Assembly (NCBI GenBank): GCA_038322875.1
Contig: JBBQGI010000004.1
Coordinates: 1 to 53,421 of the forward strand
Source of the DNA: Candidatus Limnocylindria bacterium
GTDB lineage: Bacteria; Chloroflexota; Limnocylindria; QHBO01
Length of the DNA: 53,421 bases
Direction of reading: 5' to 3'
This document shows, in pieces, positions 26,071-36,245 of the stretch. Positions within the stretch are counted from its first letter, which is position 1. Every line of letters begins with the position of its first letter. Under the pieces are notes generated by a model. That model was not told where the DNA came from. It searched no databases and was given only the letters and a program-made list of their open reading frames with translations. The position numbers and the translations under genes are program-made.

Positions 26071-28611
26071 ATGTGGATCGAACGGGTCATCGCGCGGGCG
26101 TTCGGCCCGCTCCACGACGAGACGCTGCACCTTGGCGAGGGGATGAATGTCATCGGCGGCCCAAATGAGGCCGGCAAGACGAGTTGGCATGCGGCTACGC
26201 GCCTGGCGCTGACCGGCGTGCGACGCGGTCCCGGCCGCACCAAAGAGGTTGCCTCGGTGATCGAGCGCCACCGCCCGTGGGACTCCCCGGACCGTTGGGA
26301 GGTGGAGGCGCGCCTGCACCTGGCCGATGGCCGCGCGGTCGATATCAGCCAGGACCTGGCGGGCAAGGTCGCCTGCCGAGCGCGAGACGTGGTGCTCGGG
26401 GACGACCTCTCGAGCGAGATCATCAACGACGGGACGCCGGACGCGACCATCTGGCTCGGACTGGACCGTGAGTCGTTCGCCGCAGTCGCGGCGGTGAGCC
26501 AGGCCCAGATCATGGCGGTCGCGGAGAGCGCGACCGGCCTCCAGGAGCAGATGCAGCGAGCGGCGGCGACGCGAGGAACGGACGCAACCGCGGCACAGGC
26601 GATCGAGCGGCTCAAGGCGTTTCGCAAGGAGTCCGTCGGAGCCGTCCGGGTCGGCGCCGCGGGCCCGCTTTGGGCAGCCATGCGTGAGCAGGAGGCGGCC
26701 GACGCCGTCCTCGTGGAGGCGCAACGGTCGCACGCGGGATATCTGGATCGCGAGGCCATGCTCGAGGCGGCCTCGCACGAGCACCAGGCCGCCGAGCATG
26801 AGCTGACCGTGGCCGAGGCCGCGCTGGCGGTGCGCGAGGCCACCCAGCTCGCCGAGCGCGCGCAGCGAGCGGCAGCCCTGGCGGCGAGCCATGCGGGTCC
26901 GCCCGCCACCCTGGCGCGGCGTGACGAGCTGGCCGACGAGGTGGCCGCTGCCATCGATTCCTGGCGCAGGCGTCCCTCCCCGGTCCCCCTGACCGGCCCC
27001 ACCGCCGCAGAACTGGAAGCGCAGCTGGCGGCAATCCCCGCGGTCCCAGAGGGAGATCGGCGGCCGGATCGCTCGGTCATAGACGCAGCACGGACCTTCG
27101 ACCTCGCCGAGGACGCGCTGCGCCAGCACCTCGACCGGGCAGCGGTTGCCGACAATCCAACACCCGCCGTCCAGCCCACGTCTCGTCCGTCGAGCCTTCC
27201 CATCGTGGCGGCCGCTGTCGCGGCGATCGCCGGCATCGGGCTGGTGGCGATAGGCCAGGGATTTGCCGGCATCGGGCTGCTGGGCGTCGCGGCCGCGCTC
27301 GGGGCATGGGTGGTCCGGGGACGCGTCGTCTCCGGCGACGCACCCGACGAGCGGGCGGCCGACGAGCTCCTCGCGCGAGCAGCCACTGATTGGGAGGCCC
27401 GGGCACAGAACCTGCGTCTCGCCGCGCAGCAGGCCGATGAGGGCCTGCGTGTCGCTCTCCGAGCACGAGCAGCATCGGACGACGGTGACCTGTCGGCTGT
27501 GTTGGCGGCATATGAGCTCGTCTGTGCACAGCGCGAGGACGTGGCCCGCCTGGCGGCCGGGGCCGAAGCCCTGCGCCGGGCGATCGAGGCGCGGCATGCC
27601 GCCCAGGACGCCACCGCGCGGGCGGAACTGGCCGCGGCCGAAACAGATACCGCGCTGCGGGCTGCGGCACAGCGCCTCGGGGAGGCCGACGCCGGCAGCG
27701 CTCAATCCGTCGTCGAGCGCCTTGTCGCCTGGCAGGGGCGGCGCGCCGAGCAGGCCCGCGCCAGCGAGGTCGCGATCCGCGAGTGGCAGGAGCTCCAGGG
27801 CCTCCTTGGGGGCGGGACGCTGGCCGAGCTCCAGGCCGAGGCGGAGCGGCGCGCACAGGTTGCGGCGCGACTGGCGCGGCGGGTCGGCGACGACGCGATC
27901 ATCCCGGTTGCCGTCGATTCAGAGGTCGCGCTCACCGCCGCTCGCGCGGAGGCCTCCCGCTCCAAGGGGGTGCTTGATGAGCTCAGCGGGGAGCTCCGTC
28001 TGCTGGCCACCTCGTTGCCCGATGTCGCCGAGGCCGAGGAGCGAGCCGGTGCCGTGCGCGCCGAGCTGGGACGGGTCCAGAACCTGGCGGCGGTGATCGA
28101 CGAGACCCTGACGCTGCTGGAGGCAGCCGAGCGCCGCGTGCATCGCGACCTGGCGCCCATCCTGACCGCCTCCGTCCAGCGCCACCTGCCGGCGATCACC
28201 GGCGGCGCGTACGTCGAGGTCGGTATGAATCCGCGGGACCTGTCGGTCGACGTCAAGGAGGCGCGCACGGGCCAATGGCGCGACGCGCGGCTGCTCTCCG
28301 AAGGAACGCGCGAGCAGATCTACCTCCTCCTGCGGGTGGCCATGGCCGAGCACCTGGTGACCACCGACGAGATGGCGCCGCTCCTTCTCGACGAGGTGAC
28401 CGCGCAATCGGATCCCGAGCGAAAGCTCCGCATGCTCGACGTCCTGCACGCGCTCAGCGCGGATCGGCAGGTGATCCTCTTCAGCCACGACGCCGAGGTG
28501 ATGGACTGGGCGGCGCTGGCGCTGCGCGATCCCCGGGATCGGCTGGTCCGGCTGGGTACCGACATTCCCACCGTCACGCCGACCCCCCTGGCCGCGGCCG
28601 CCATCGGCTGA
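26071..28611 (+). CDS. Rad50/SbcC-like (YhaN-type) ATPase with coiled coils and an internal TM hairpin
   Basis: Walker A GPNEAGKT, signature LSEGTREQ, Walker B LLLDE, FSH; hydrophobic hairpin LPIVAAAVAAIAGIGLVAIG..IGLLGVAAALGAWVV. Confidence 0.88.
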   Translation: MWIERVIARAFGPLHDETLHLGEGMNVIGGPNEAGKTSWHAATRLALTGVRRGPGRTKEVASVIERHRPWDSPDRWEVEARLHLADGRAVDISQDLAGKVACRARDVVLGDDLSSEIINDGTPDATIWLGLDRESFAAVAAVSQAQIMAVAESATGLQEQMQRAAATRGTDATAAQAIERLKAFRKESVGAVRVGAAGPLWAAMREQEAADAVLVEAQRSHAGYLDREAMLEAASHEHQAAEHELTVAEAALAVREATQLAERAQRAAALAASHAGPPATLARRDELADEVAAAIDSWRRRPSPVPLTGPTAAELEAQLAAIPAVPEGDRRPDRSVIDAARTFDLAEDALRQHLDRAAVADNPTPAVQPTSRPSSLPIVAAAVAAIAGIGLVAIGQGFAGIGLLGVAAALGAWVVRGRVVSGDAPDERAADELLARAATDWEARAQNLRLAAQQADEGLRVALRARAASDDGDLSAVLAAYELVCAQREDVARLAAGAEALRRAIEARHAAQDATARAELAAAETDTALRAAAQRLGEADAGSAQSVVERLVAWQGRRAEQARASEVAIREWQELQGLLGGGTLAELQAEAERRAQVAARLARRVGDDAIIPVAVDSEVALTAARAEASRSKGVLDELSGELRLLATSLPDVAEAEERAGAVRAELGRVQNLAAVIDETLTLLEAAERRVHRDLAPILTASVQRHLPAITGGAYVEVGMNPRDLSVDVKEARTGQWRDARLLSEGTREQIYLLLRVAMAEHLVTTDEMAPLLLDEVTAQSDPERKLRMLDVLHALSADRQVILFSHDAEVMDWAALALRDPRDRLVRLGTDIPTVTPTPLAAAAIG

Positions 28612-28671
28612 TCCGGGACTCGGCTGCTAGGATTCCGGGACCTCTCATCCGGCCCACGTTGCAGTGAACCG

Positions 28672-29391
28672 ATGCCCAACGACCGCCTCCCGACACCTGA
28701 ACGCGTCCTGGTCGTCGCCGCGCATCCCGACGACATCGAGTTCGGGGCCGCGGGGACGGTGGCGCGCTGGGTCGGGGAGGGAGCCGAGATCCGATACCTG
28801 TTGATGACCCGCGGTGACAAAGGCAGCGACAACCCCGACGCCGACCCTGTGGCTCTCGCAGCCCTGCGGGAGAACGAGCAGCGAGCGGCCGCCGCGGAGA
28901 TCGGTGTAACTGCGGTCGAATTCCTGGATGAGCCCGACGGACAGGTCGAGCCCACCCTGCGGCTGCGGGAGCGCGTGACCCGCGCCATCCGCGCCTTTCG
29001 CCCGGAGATCGTGATGAGCCACGATCCCACCGTGCTCTTCGTGAACAACGAGTGGATCAATCATCCGGACCATCGGGCAGTCGGCACTGTCGTGGTCGAC
29101 GCGGTCTTCCCCACGGCCCGCGACCCGCTCAACTTTCCGGAGCACCTGGCCGCCGGGCTCGGCGCCTGGAAGGTGGCCGAGCTCTTCCTCTGGAGCACCA
29201 ACGATGCAAACCAGTTGGTCGACATTGGGGGCACGCTGGAGCGCAAGATCGCCGCCCTGGCGCACCACGTCAGCCAGTTCAGGGACTTTGGAGAGACCGC
29301 CCGCTGGCTGCGCAGCGGAGCCGAGGAGCTCGGCGAGCGGGCCGGCTACCCGGCGGCGGAGGGGTTCCGACGGGTGATGCTCGCGCGATGA
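28672..29391 (+). CDS. PIG-L/LmbE family deacetylase
   Basis: AHPDDIE, REN E, HPDH; extended -10 TGCTAGGAT at 28625-28633. Confidence 0.92.
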   Translation: MPNDRLPTPERVLVVAAHPDDIEFGAAGTVARWVGEGAEIRYLLMTRGDKGSDNPDADPVALAALRENEQRAAAAEIGVTAVEFLDEPDGQVEPTLRLRERVTRAIRAFRPEIVMSHDPTVLFVNNEWINHPDHRAVGTVVVDAVFPTARDPLNFPEHLAAGLGAWKVAELFLWSTNDANQLVDIGGTLERKIAALAHHVSQFRDFGETARWLRSGAEELGERAGYPAAEGFRRVMLAR

Positions 29392-31334
29392 CACCAGCGC
29401 GCGGCAGGGCGCGGATCGTCTGCTGGCTGCTGCTCGGCGCGATGCTGCTCGCGGCCTGCGCACCAGCCACTCCCGAGCCGAGTGCCGGCGCATCGGCGAC
29501 GCCATCTCCCACCTCTCAGGCAGCCGATGCCGCGCAGCTGGTGGCCCGCAAATTCGTCGCCAATTGGCGTGGCCGCCGCTATGAGCGGATGGTCGAGCTG
29601 ATCGCACCCCACGATCGAGAAGGCACCGCTCCGGATGCGATAGCCGCCCTCCTCAGTCGATTCGATCAGCTGGCCGGCGTAACGCGCCTGGTCGCGGTGG
29701 CGGGCTCCCCGTTCCCGACCAGCGTGTCGAGCGATGACGCCCGACTGGGCCCATCCCCCGCCTACGAGGTCCCGATCAGCCTCGACTTCGAAACCAACCG
29801 CTTTGGCCCCGTCTCCTTTCGACGGATGCTCACCCTGACCCAGGGCGCCGACGGGTGGCACGCGCGTTGGCGACCGTCCCTCCTCTTTCCACAGCTCGGC
29901 GACGGCGACAGCCTGTCGCTGCAGCGAACGGTGAGCCCTCGCGGTCGCATCGTGTCGGTCGATGGCTCCGTCTTTGCCGAGACGCGCGAGGACGGCATGC
30001 GGGTCTATCCCCAGGAATCGCTCGCCGGCCAGACGATTGGGTACGTCGCGCCGGTGACGGCCGACGAGGTGGCGGCGCTCCCCCCGACGGCGGACTACGA
30101 GGCCGGTGACCTGATGGGGCGCAGCGGCCTGGAGCAGGGAGCGGAGGATCTGTTGCGCGGCAGTCCCGGCCTCGCCCTGCAGGCGGTCCCGCCCAGTGGC
30201 GATCCCGTGCCGCTTCTGGAGCGCGCAATGATCCCGGGCGCGGACGTGTCAATAACGATCCGGGCGAACATCCAGGCCACCGCCGAGGCTGCCCTGGCCC
30301 CGTACGTCGATGCCGCCACGGCGGTGATCGACCCGAAGAGCGGCGACGTCTGGGCGCTCGCTTCGGCTCCGAGCTTCAATCCGAACTCGATGACCATTGG
30401 CACCACCCTGGCCGGAGCACAGCTGACCAAGGCGACCGAGGGTGCCCGATTCAATCGCGCCGTGCTGGCTGCATACCCCGCCGGGTCGAGCTTCAAGCCG
30501 TTCACCCTGCTCGCCGCCTTGAAGACCGGCGTGGCCAGTCGTGCGACCCGCATGTCGTGCTTGGGCACCTGGACCTTCCAGGGCTTCACCTTCCACAACT
30601 ACAAGGATCACACCCTGGGGGGCAGCGTCTCGCTCGCCGAGGCGATGGCCTTCAGCTGCAACACGACCTACATGCCGCTCTCGATCAAGGTCTGGGACGC
30701 GGACCGTACGGCGCTGACGAACCTGGTCGAGCAATTCGGCTTCGGCCAGTCAGCCGGCATGGCCCACCTCGCCGACAACCCCGGAATCCTGCCCGACGCC
30801 GCCTACTTCGAGGTGACCAAGCGTGGCAACGGCGGCTACTCGCCGTACGGGCCGTTCGACCAGATCCAGCTTGCGATCGGGCAGGGCTCCTTCCTCGGCA
30901 CGCCGCTGCAGCTCGCCAACGCCTACGCAGCGTTCGGCAATGGTGGAATCCTGTGGCAGCCGCGGATCGTGACCCAGGCGGTGCTCCCCGCCGGGAAGGT
31001 CGTCGAAGCCATCGCGCCGCACGTCGTGCGCCAGGTCGACATCGCGCCCGAGCAGCTCGACTACCTGGCGGAGACGCTCCACGCAGTCAGCACCCTCTCG
31101 TACGGCACGGCGCATCGCGCCTTCGCCGGCTTCGGGATCCCGGTTGCCGGCAAGAGCGGCACCGCCGAGACCGGCACGCCCAGGCCGGACGCATGGTTCC
31201 CCGCCTATGCGCCGATCGGCGGCGCCGAGATCGCGGTCGCCACGGTCCTGGTCCACGTGAAGCTGGCGACCGGTGGCACCGATGCGGCGCCTCTCGTTCG
31301 ACGGGTGATGGCCCGCTACTTCACCGACAGATAG
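29388..31334 (+). CDS. Class B penicillin-binding protein (NTF2/MecA_N-like + transpeptidase), lipoprotein-like
   Basis: LLAAC lipobox; PRGRI; SxxK (SSFK), SxN (SCN), KSGT. Confidence 0.9.
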   Translation: MTPARGRARIVCWLLLGAMLLAACAPATPEPSAGASATPSPTSQAADAAQLVARKFVANWRGRRYERMVELIAPHDREGTAPDAIAALLSRFDQLAGVTRLVAVAGSPFPTSVSSDDARLGPSPAYEVPISLDFETNRFGPVSFRRMLTLTQGADGWHARWRPSLLFPQLGDGDSLSLQRTVSPRGRIVSVDGSVFAETREDGMRVYPQESLAGQTIGYVAPVTADEVAALPPTADYEAGDLMGRSGLEQGAEDLLRGSPGLALQAVPPSGDPVPLLERAMIPGADVSITIRANIQATAEAALAPYVDAATAVIDPKSGDVWALASAPSFNPNSMTIGTTLAGAQLTKATEGARFNRAVLAAYPAGSSFKPFTLLAALKTGVASRATRMSCLGTWTFQGFTFHNYKDHTLGGSVSLAEAMAFSCNTTYMPLSIKVWDADRTALTNLVEQFGFGQSAGMAHLADNPGILPDAAYFEVTKRGNGGYSPYGPFDQIQLAIGQGSFLGTPLQLANAYAAFGNGGILWQPRIVTQAVLPAGKVVEAIAPHVVRQVDIAPEQLDYLAETLHAVSTLSYGTAHRAFAGFGIPVAGKSGTAETGTPRPDAWFPAYAPIGGAEIAVATVLVHVKLATGGTDAAPLVRRVMARYFTDR

Positions 31335-31347
31335 CGGGGCGGTTGCT

Positions 31348-31377
31348 TTGACACCTGCTCCCCGTGACGGATACCAT
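31348..31377 (+). promoter_or_regulatory. Sigma70-type promoter of the oxidoreductase-Rieske/cytb operon
   Basis: TTGACA (31348-31353), 18-nt spacer, TACCAT (31372-31377). Confidence 0.75.
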
Positions 31378-31430
31378 CGAGCCGCCGCTGAATCGCTTCG
31401 GCAACCCGTGGTGAAACCCGCTCTGCGACT

Positions 31431-33410
31431 GTGCCAGTGATCTCCGCCAACGCCATCCCGCTGAGATTCCAGACCGCCGAGGTCGGCGTGGACTGGCTCC
31501 AGTGCAATATCGAGTGCCAGGAAGGCTGCCCGGTCAATACCAATTGCCGGGGCTACCTGATGCTGGCCGCCGAGGGCCGGTTCGAGGAGGGCTACATCCT
31601 GGCCCGGGACCCGAACCCGGTCGCGGCCATCTGTGGCTACGTGTGCAGCGCCCCCTGCGAGAAGGCCTGCCGCCGCGGCGACATCGACAAGCCCCTCTCG
31701 ATCAGGGCCATGAAGCGCTTCCTGGTCGACTGGCATTACGGCAACAACATGCCGGACAACGTCGTGGTCGCGGAGCCGAGCGGGAAGAGCGTGGGCGTCA
31801 TCGGTGCCGGACCTGCCGGCCTGACGGTCGCCAAGGAGCTGGCCAGCTACGGCCACAAGGTCGACATCTACGAGGCGCTGCCGTCCGGCGGCGGGACCTG
31901 CCTGATCGGCGTTCCGGCCTTTCGGCTGCCGCGCGACGTGATCGAGCTGGACGTGAACTGGGTCGCCAAGCACGGCGTCGACTTCCACTACAACGTCGAG
32001 GTCGGGCGCGACATCACCCTCGACCAGCTGCGTGAGCGTCATGACGCGGTCGTGGTCTCTGCCGGCTGCATGTACCCGGTCGCCATGAACGTTCCAGGCG
32101 AGGAGCTCGATGGCGTGATCTACGGCGTCGACTTCCTGAAGCGTGCAAACCTGGGCGAGGAGCAGTGGGTCGGCGATCACGTTGTGATCGTGGGCGGCGG
32201 CTATACCGCCATGGACTCGGCACGCACCGCGCTGCGCATCGGCGCCAAGACCAGCACCATCGTCTACCGCCGTGGACCCGAGGAGATGGTGGTCGACGAG
32301 GAGGAGCAGCACGAGACCCGCTTCGAGGGCGTCAAGTTCGATTTCTTCAGCTCGCCGGTCGGCATCGTCAGCGATGACGCCGGGCACGTCACTGGGATCA
32401 CCTTCCAGCGCACGCGCCTCGGCCCGCCCGATGCCAGCGGACGTCGCAGTGCCGAGCCGATCGCGGGCAGCGACTTCACGCTGCCATGCGACATGGTCAT
32501 CCCGTGCACCAGCCAGGCATCCGACAACAACGTGCTGGGCGAGTACGGCGCCAAGCTGAACCGCCACCTGGGCGTCACCGATACCCGCGAGTTCGTGCCG
32601 GGCGGATCTGTCTCGTCGTGGCGAACGCCACCGCTCAACGGCACCACTCCGGTCGGCCCGGACGGCAAGAAGTACAACGCGCTGCAGTTCGAGCTCGCGC
32701 GTGGCTACGTCGTCGCCCAGGCGGACACGTTCCAGACCAGCGTCTCCGGGATCTTCGCCTGCGGCGACTTCGTGACCGGCCCGGCCACCATCATCGAGGC
32801 TGCCGGACGAGGACGACGCACCGCGCGCGCCGTCGACCGTTGGCTGCTCGGCGTGCGCGGGGCCGAGCTCGAGGAGCTGCCGGTCATCAACCGGGCCGTC
32901 ATCACCCAGGCGCTCGAGCACGACATGCCCGACAAGTACGAGGCGATCGAGCGCCAGCACATCCCCATGGCCCCGCCCGAGATGCGCCGCGACTTCACCT
33001 CCCTGGTGGAGGTGGGCTACGACACGCGCAGCGCCATCTCCGAAGGGCAGCGCTGCCTCCAGTGCAATCACAACATCAACATCGACGGGCCGCGCTGTAT
33101 CCTGTGCGGGCTCTGCGCCGATGTCTGCCCCGAGGGCGTGATCTACATGATCGACAAGGGGCAGGTCGGCGGCGACGACCCGGAGATCGACCTCTTCCAG
33201 TCATGGCCGCGGGGAATCGCCATGATCATCGACGAAGAGCGCTGCATCCGGTGCAACCTCTGCGTCGAGCGGTGTCCGACCAACTGCATCACCATGGACC
33301 GCCTCGAGCTCGAGCGAATCACGCCTGACGGAAAGGTGCTCTTGGAGAGCTACAAGGACAACGTGCTGGGGCAGATCGGCCAGGAGGCCGGCATGGCGGT
33401 CCAGCGATGA
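31431..33410 (+). CDS. NAD(P)H/FAD-dependent Fe-S oxidoreductase (GltD/NfnB/DsrL-like) with C-terminal 2x[4Fe-4S] domain
   Basis: [21 protein letters not shown]; GAGPAG; GGGYTA; YRR; ACGDFVTGP; RCLQC; [12 protein letters not shown] and [12 protein letters not shown]; no signal peptide. Confidence 0.9.
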   Translation: MPVISANAIPLRFQTAEVGVDWLQCNIECQEGCPVNTNCRGYLMLAAEGRFEEGYILARDPNPVAAICGYVCSAPCEKACRRGDIDKPLSIRAMKRFLVDWHYGNNMPDNVVVAEPSGKSVGVIGAGPAGLTVAKELASYGHKVDIYEALPSGGGTCLIGVPAFRLPRDVIELDVNWVAKHGVDFHYNVEVGRDITLDQLRERHDAVVVSAGCMYPVAMNVPGEELDGVIYGVDFLKRANLGEEQWVGDHVVIVGGGYTAMDSARTALRIGAKTSTIVYRRGPEEMVVDEEEQHETRFEGVKFDFFSSPVGIVSDDAGHVTGITFQRTRLGPPDASGRRSAEPIAGSDFTLPCDMVIPCTSQASDNNVLGEYGAKLNRHLGVTDTREFVPGGSVSSWRTPPLNGTTPVGPDGKKYNALQFELARGYVVAQADTFQTSVSGIFACGDFVTGPATIIEAAGRGRRTARAVDRWLLGVRGAELEELPVINRAVITQALEHDMPDKYEAIERQHIPMAPPEMRRDFTSLVEVGYDTRSAISEGQRCLQCNHNINIDGPRCILCGLCADVCPEGVIYMIDKGQVGGDDPEIDLFQSWPRGIAMIIDEERCIRCNLCVERCPTNCITMDRLELERITPDGKVLLESYKDNVLGQIGQEAGMAVQR

Positions 33411-34141
33411 CCTTCCCAGGGCCGGGCGACCTGATCCGGGTCGTCAAGGAGTCGGCGGCCTGGCGCAGCCTCTTCCGCCAACCCTATCCGACCACCAGTC
33501 GCACCCGCGCCCTGGCGGTGATGAACAACGTCTTCCTGCACCTGCACCCGGTGCGCGTCAAGAAGCACGCGGTGCGCTACACCTACACCTTCTGCCTGGG
33601 CGGGGTCAGCTTCTTCCTGTTCCTGGTGCTGACCGTCACCGGCGTCTACCTGATGTTCTTCTATGTGCCGTCGGTGACACGCGCCTACCAGGACATCCTG
33701 TCGATCGAGAACTCGGTCGCCTTCGGCTCGTTCGTGCGCAACATGCACCGCTGGGGCGCGCACCTGATGGTGCTCACCGTCTTCCTGCACATGATCCGGG
33801 TCTTCTACCACGGGGCCTACAAGCCGCCGCGCGAGTTCAACTGGCTGATCGGCGTGATCCTCCTCTTCTGCACGTTGTGGCTGAGCTTCACCGGCTACCT
33901 CCTGCCATGGGACCAGATCGCGTTCTGGGCGATCACGGTCGGCTCGCAGATGGCCACCTACGCGCCGCTGCTCAGCAAGGAGTCGAGCTTCATCCTTCTC
34001 GGCGGGGTGGAGGTCGGCCAGGGGACCCTGATCCGCTTCTACGTCATGCACGTGATCGCATTCCCGTTGATCACCGCCATCCTGATGGTCGTCCACTTCT
34101 GGAGGATCCGGAAGGACGGCGGCATCTCAGGCCCGGTCTGA
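33407..34141 (+). CDS. petB: Cytochrome b6-type subunit (N-terminal half of a split cytochrome b)
   Basis: FCLGG (heme ci Cys); heme His pairs MHRWG..FLH (14 apart) and MHV..VVHF (15 apart, b6-like); GYLLPWDQ; GISGP end. Confidence 0.92.
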   Translation: MTFPGPGDLIRVVKESAAWRSLFRQPYPTTSRTRALAVMNNVFLHLHPVRVKKHAVRYTYTFCLGGVSFFLFLVLTVTGVYLMFFYVPSVTRAYQDILSIENSVAFGSFVRNMHRWGAHLMVLTVFLHMIRVFYHGAYKPPREFNWLIGVILLFCTLWLSFTGYLLPWDQIAFWAITVGSQMATYAPLLSKESSFILLGGVEVGQGTLIRFYVMHVIAFPLITAILMVVHFWRIRKDGGISGPV

Positions 34142-34160
34142 GAAGAGCCGAGGTAGACCG

Positions 34161-34775
34161 ATGACCATCGAGAAGCGACCAAATGCGACGGCCGACAAGA
34201 ACGCGCCGACCCAGGCGCCGCGCCTCCCTGCCGTCGAGCGCGATCGTGGACCGAAGCTGCCCGGCCCGCCCGGCGTGCCGGGGACCGAGCGCTTCCGGCT
34301 GCTCGCCTACGTCAAGCAGGAGTCGATGGTGCGCGTCGACAAGCGCCCCGACGAGACGGTCCTGACCTGGCCGCACCTGCTGCGCGCCGAGTTCCTGATG
34401 GCGCTCCTGATCACCGTCCTGCTGGTCGTCGCCTCGGTCTTCATCGCCGCCCCGCTCGAGGAGATGGCGAACGCCGGCGTGACGCCGCACGTGGCCAAGG
34501 CGCCGTGGTACTTCCTCGGGCTGCAGGAGCTGCTCAGCTACTTCAATGCCACCGTCGGTGGCGTGCTGCTCCCGACTCTCTACCTGGTCGGCCTGGCGAT
34601 CATCCCGTATGTCGACCGCTCGCCGTACAAGGCGGCCCGTGACCGCAAGACGATCTGGGTCTTCTTCCTGGCGCTGATGCTGGGCGGGCTGCTGATCACC
34701 CTCATCGGCTCGTTCTTCCGCGGCCCCGGCTGGAACTGGGTCTGGCCCTGGGACGGGCTCTACTTCACGCTATGA
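34161..34775 (+). CDS. petD: Subunit IV (PetD/QcrC-like C-terminal half of cytochrome b)
   Basis: TWPHLL; TPHVAKAPWYFLGLQELL (PEWY-equivalent); IIPYVDRS. Confidence 0.88.
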   Translation: MTIEKRPNATADKNAPTQAPRLPAVERDRGPKLPGPPGVPGTERFRLLAYVKQESMVRVDKRPDETVLTWPHLLRAEFLMALLITVLLVVASVFIAAPLEEMANAGVTPHVAKAPWYFLGLQELLSYFNATVGGVLLPTLYLVGLAIIPYVDRSPYKAARDRKTIWVFFLALMLGGLLITLIGSFFRGPGWNWVWPWDGLYFTL

Positions 34776-35386
34776 GCCACCTGCCGACCTACGGCGAGGT
34801 ACCCGGGCGGCCGGTCGGCGAGATGACCAGGCGCAACTTCATGCGCCGCATCTTCTGGGTCGGCGCCGGCCTGCTCTCGATCGAATTCCTGGCGGGCACC
34901 GTCAACTTCCTGTGGCCGAATGTGCGCAGCGGCCTCGGCGGCAAGTTCACGATCGGCAAGGCCGCCGACATCGCCAGCGCGCAGCCGACCTGGACCGAGG
35001 GGCAGCCATTCGCCTTCGCCAAGGCGCGCGTCTTCTTCATCAATGTTCCGGCGTCGGAGTCGCTCGTCAGCGGCAGCAACGAGAAGGTGGCGGATCCGGG
35101 CGCCAGCGTCCTGGCGCTCTACCGCAAGTGCCCGCACCTCGGCTGCAACATCCCGCCGCTGTGCGATAAGAGCCTCTGGTTCGAGTGCCTCTGCCACGGC
35201 AGCAAGTACACCATCATCGGCGAGAAGCGAGCCGGTCCGGCGCCGCGCGGGATGGATCGCTTCGCCGTCACCGTGACCGATGGCACCTACGGGATCGACA
35301 CAAGCTCACTCGTCGCCGGACCGCCCATCGGCACCGCCACCTTCGACCCGCGCGACACGACCACGATTCCGCACTGCGCGGCCTGA
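34772..35386 (+). CDS. petC: Rieske [2Fe-2S] subunit with Tat signal/anchor
   Basis: TRRNFM twin-arginine motif plus TM; CPHLGC and CLCHGSKY; GPAPRGM. Confidence 0.92.
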   Translation: MSHLPTYGEVPGRPVGEMTRRNFMRRIFWVGAGLLSIEFLAGTVNFLWPNVRSGLGGKFTIGKAADIASAQPTWTEGQPFAFAKARVFFINVPASESLVSGSNEKVADPGASVLALYRKCPHLGCNIPPLCDKSLWFECLCHGSKYTIIGEKRAGPAPRGMDRFAVTVTDGTYGIDTSSLVAGPPIGTATFDPRDTTTIPHCAA

Positions 35387-35389
35387 GCA

Positions 35390-36238
35390 ATGCGGATCAA
35401 GACGCTCGGCATCGTCCTGATGAGCGCCATGGCCCTCTTCACCGCCTTCTACTGGGTCACCGACCCGGCTCGTCGCGAGAGCGCCTACGAGAACCAGGTC
35501 AAGGAGCTGGTCGCCTACGGCGAGGAGATGTTTGGGCCGCCGACCGCGGCGAACGACCATACCGCCAACTGTGCCGCCTGCCATGGCGCCGACGGGACCG
35601 GCGGCCCCGTCGGTGACACCGGCCGAGTGGCGCCGAACCTCCACTCGTCGAGCATCTACGACAAGCTGAAGGCCCAGAACGGCGGCTCGTTCACCGACAT
35701 CCGCAAGCCGGGCGATCCGCCCGACTACGTCAACCTGGTGATCCGCTTTGGCGGCGTAGTCGTCTCCGGCGACGTCAACTCTCCGATGCCGGCCTGGAGC
35801 TCAGAGATTGGCGGCGCGCTGACGATCAACCAGATCGACGCCCTCACCGCACTCGTCGAGACCTGGGCGCTGGAGGCCGGTGCGCTGCCGCGGGTCGACG
35901 TGCCCGATACCGTCGAGGCAGGCCAGAAGGTCTACACCGACTCAGGGTGCGGCGGCTGTCACGGGCCGCAGCTGGCGGGGATCCCGGGCACGTTCCCGAG
36001 CCTGGAGAACATCGGCAACCAGCCCGTCACCGAGCTGCCGACGCCGATCAGCCACCTCGACCAGCTGCAGGCCGACTACGCGGCCGACGCGCGCGCCTTC
36101 CTCGATCGTTGGATTCGCGACTCGGCGGTGAACTACAACGACGGCACCGCGACCGGCATGCCCGTGCACCCAGAAGGGAAGATCAGCAAATCGGCCCTGC
36201 AGGCCCTGATCACCTTCCTCTTGAGCCAGAAGCAGTGA
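35390..36238 (+). CDS. Membrane-anchored diheme cytochrome c
   Basis: N-terminal TM; CAACH and CGGCH; distal Met candidates in SPMPAW and TGMP. Confidence 0.9.
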   Translation: MRIKTLGIVLMSAMALFTAFYWVTDPARRESAYENQVKELVAYGEEMFGPPTAANDHTANCAACHGADGTGGPVGDTGRVAPNLHSSSIYDKLKAQNGGSFTDIRKPGDPPDYVNLVIRFGGVVVSGDVNSPMPAWSSEIGGALTINQIDALTALVETWALEAGALPRVDVPDTVEAGQKVYTDSGCGGCHGPQLAGIPGTFPSLENIGNQPVTELPTPISHLDQLQADYAADARAFLDRWIRDSAVNYNDGTATGMPVHPEGKISKSALQALITFLLSQKQ

Positions 36239-36245
36239 GGCGCTC

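Noticed and set aside
24978-28611. SMC-type defence system (Wadjet or Lamassu)
   Set aside because: Only an Mre11-like nuclease and a YhaN-like ATPase are present, with no kleisin/KITE or effector genes.
28612-28641. TCCGGGAC direct repeat 22 bp apart around the PIG-L -10 box
   Set aside because: A short GC-rich repeat is likely by chance at this GC content; no second instance or regulator supports it.
31378-31430. Leader with GCTGAATC, a C(UUCG)G hairpin and a GAAA loop, reminiscent of the c-di-AMP riboswitch 5' end
   Set aside because: Only about 50 nt is available and the remaining conserved elements are absent.
30750-33071. Long antisense or alternate-frame ORFs (e.g. 30750..33071, 40539..42452, 51113..53287, 26020..27705, 5032..6474, 7353..9131)
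   Set aside because: They shadow well-supported genes, have Arg/Gly/Ala-rich composition typical of high-GC off-frames, and show no motifs.
31431-33410. Calling the flavoprotein DsrL or glutamate synthase small subunit
   Set aside because: The architecture is similar, but no dsr or gltB genes are in the window and it is coupled to cytochrome b.
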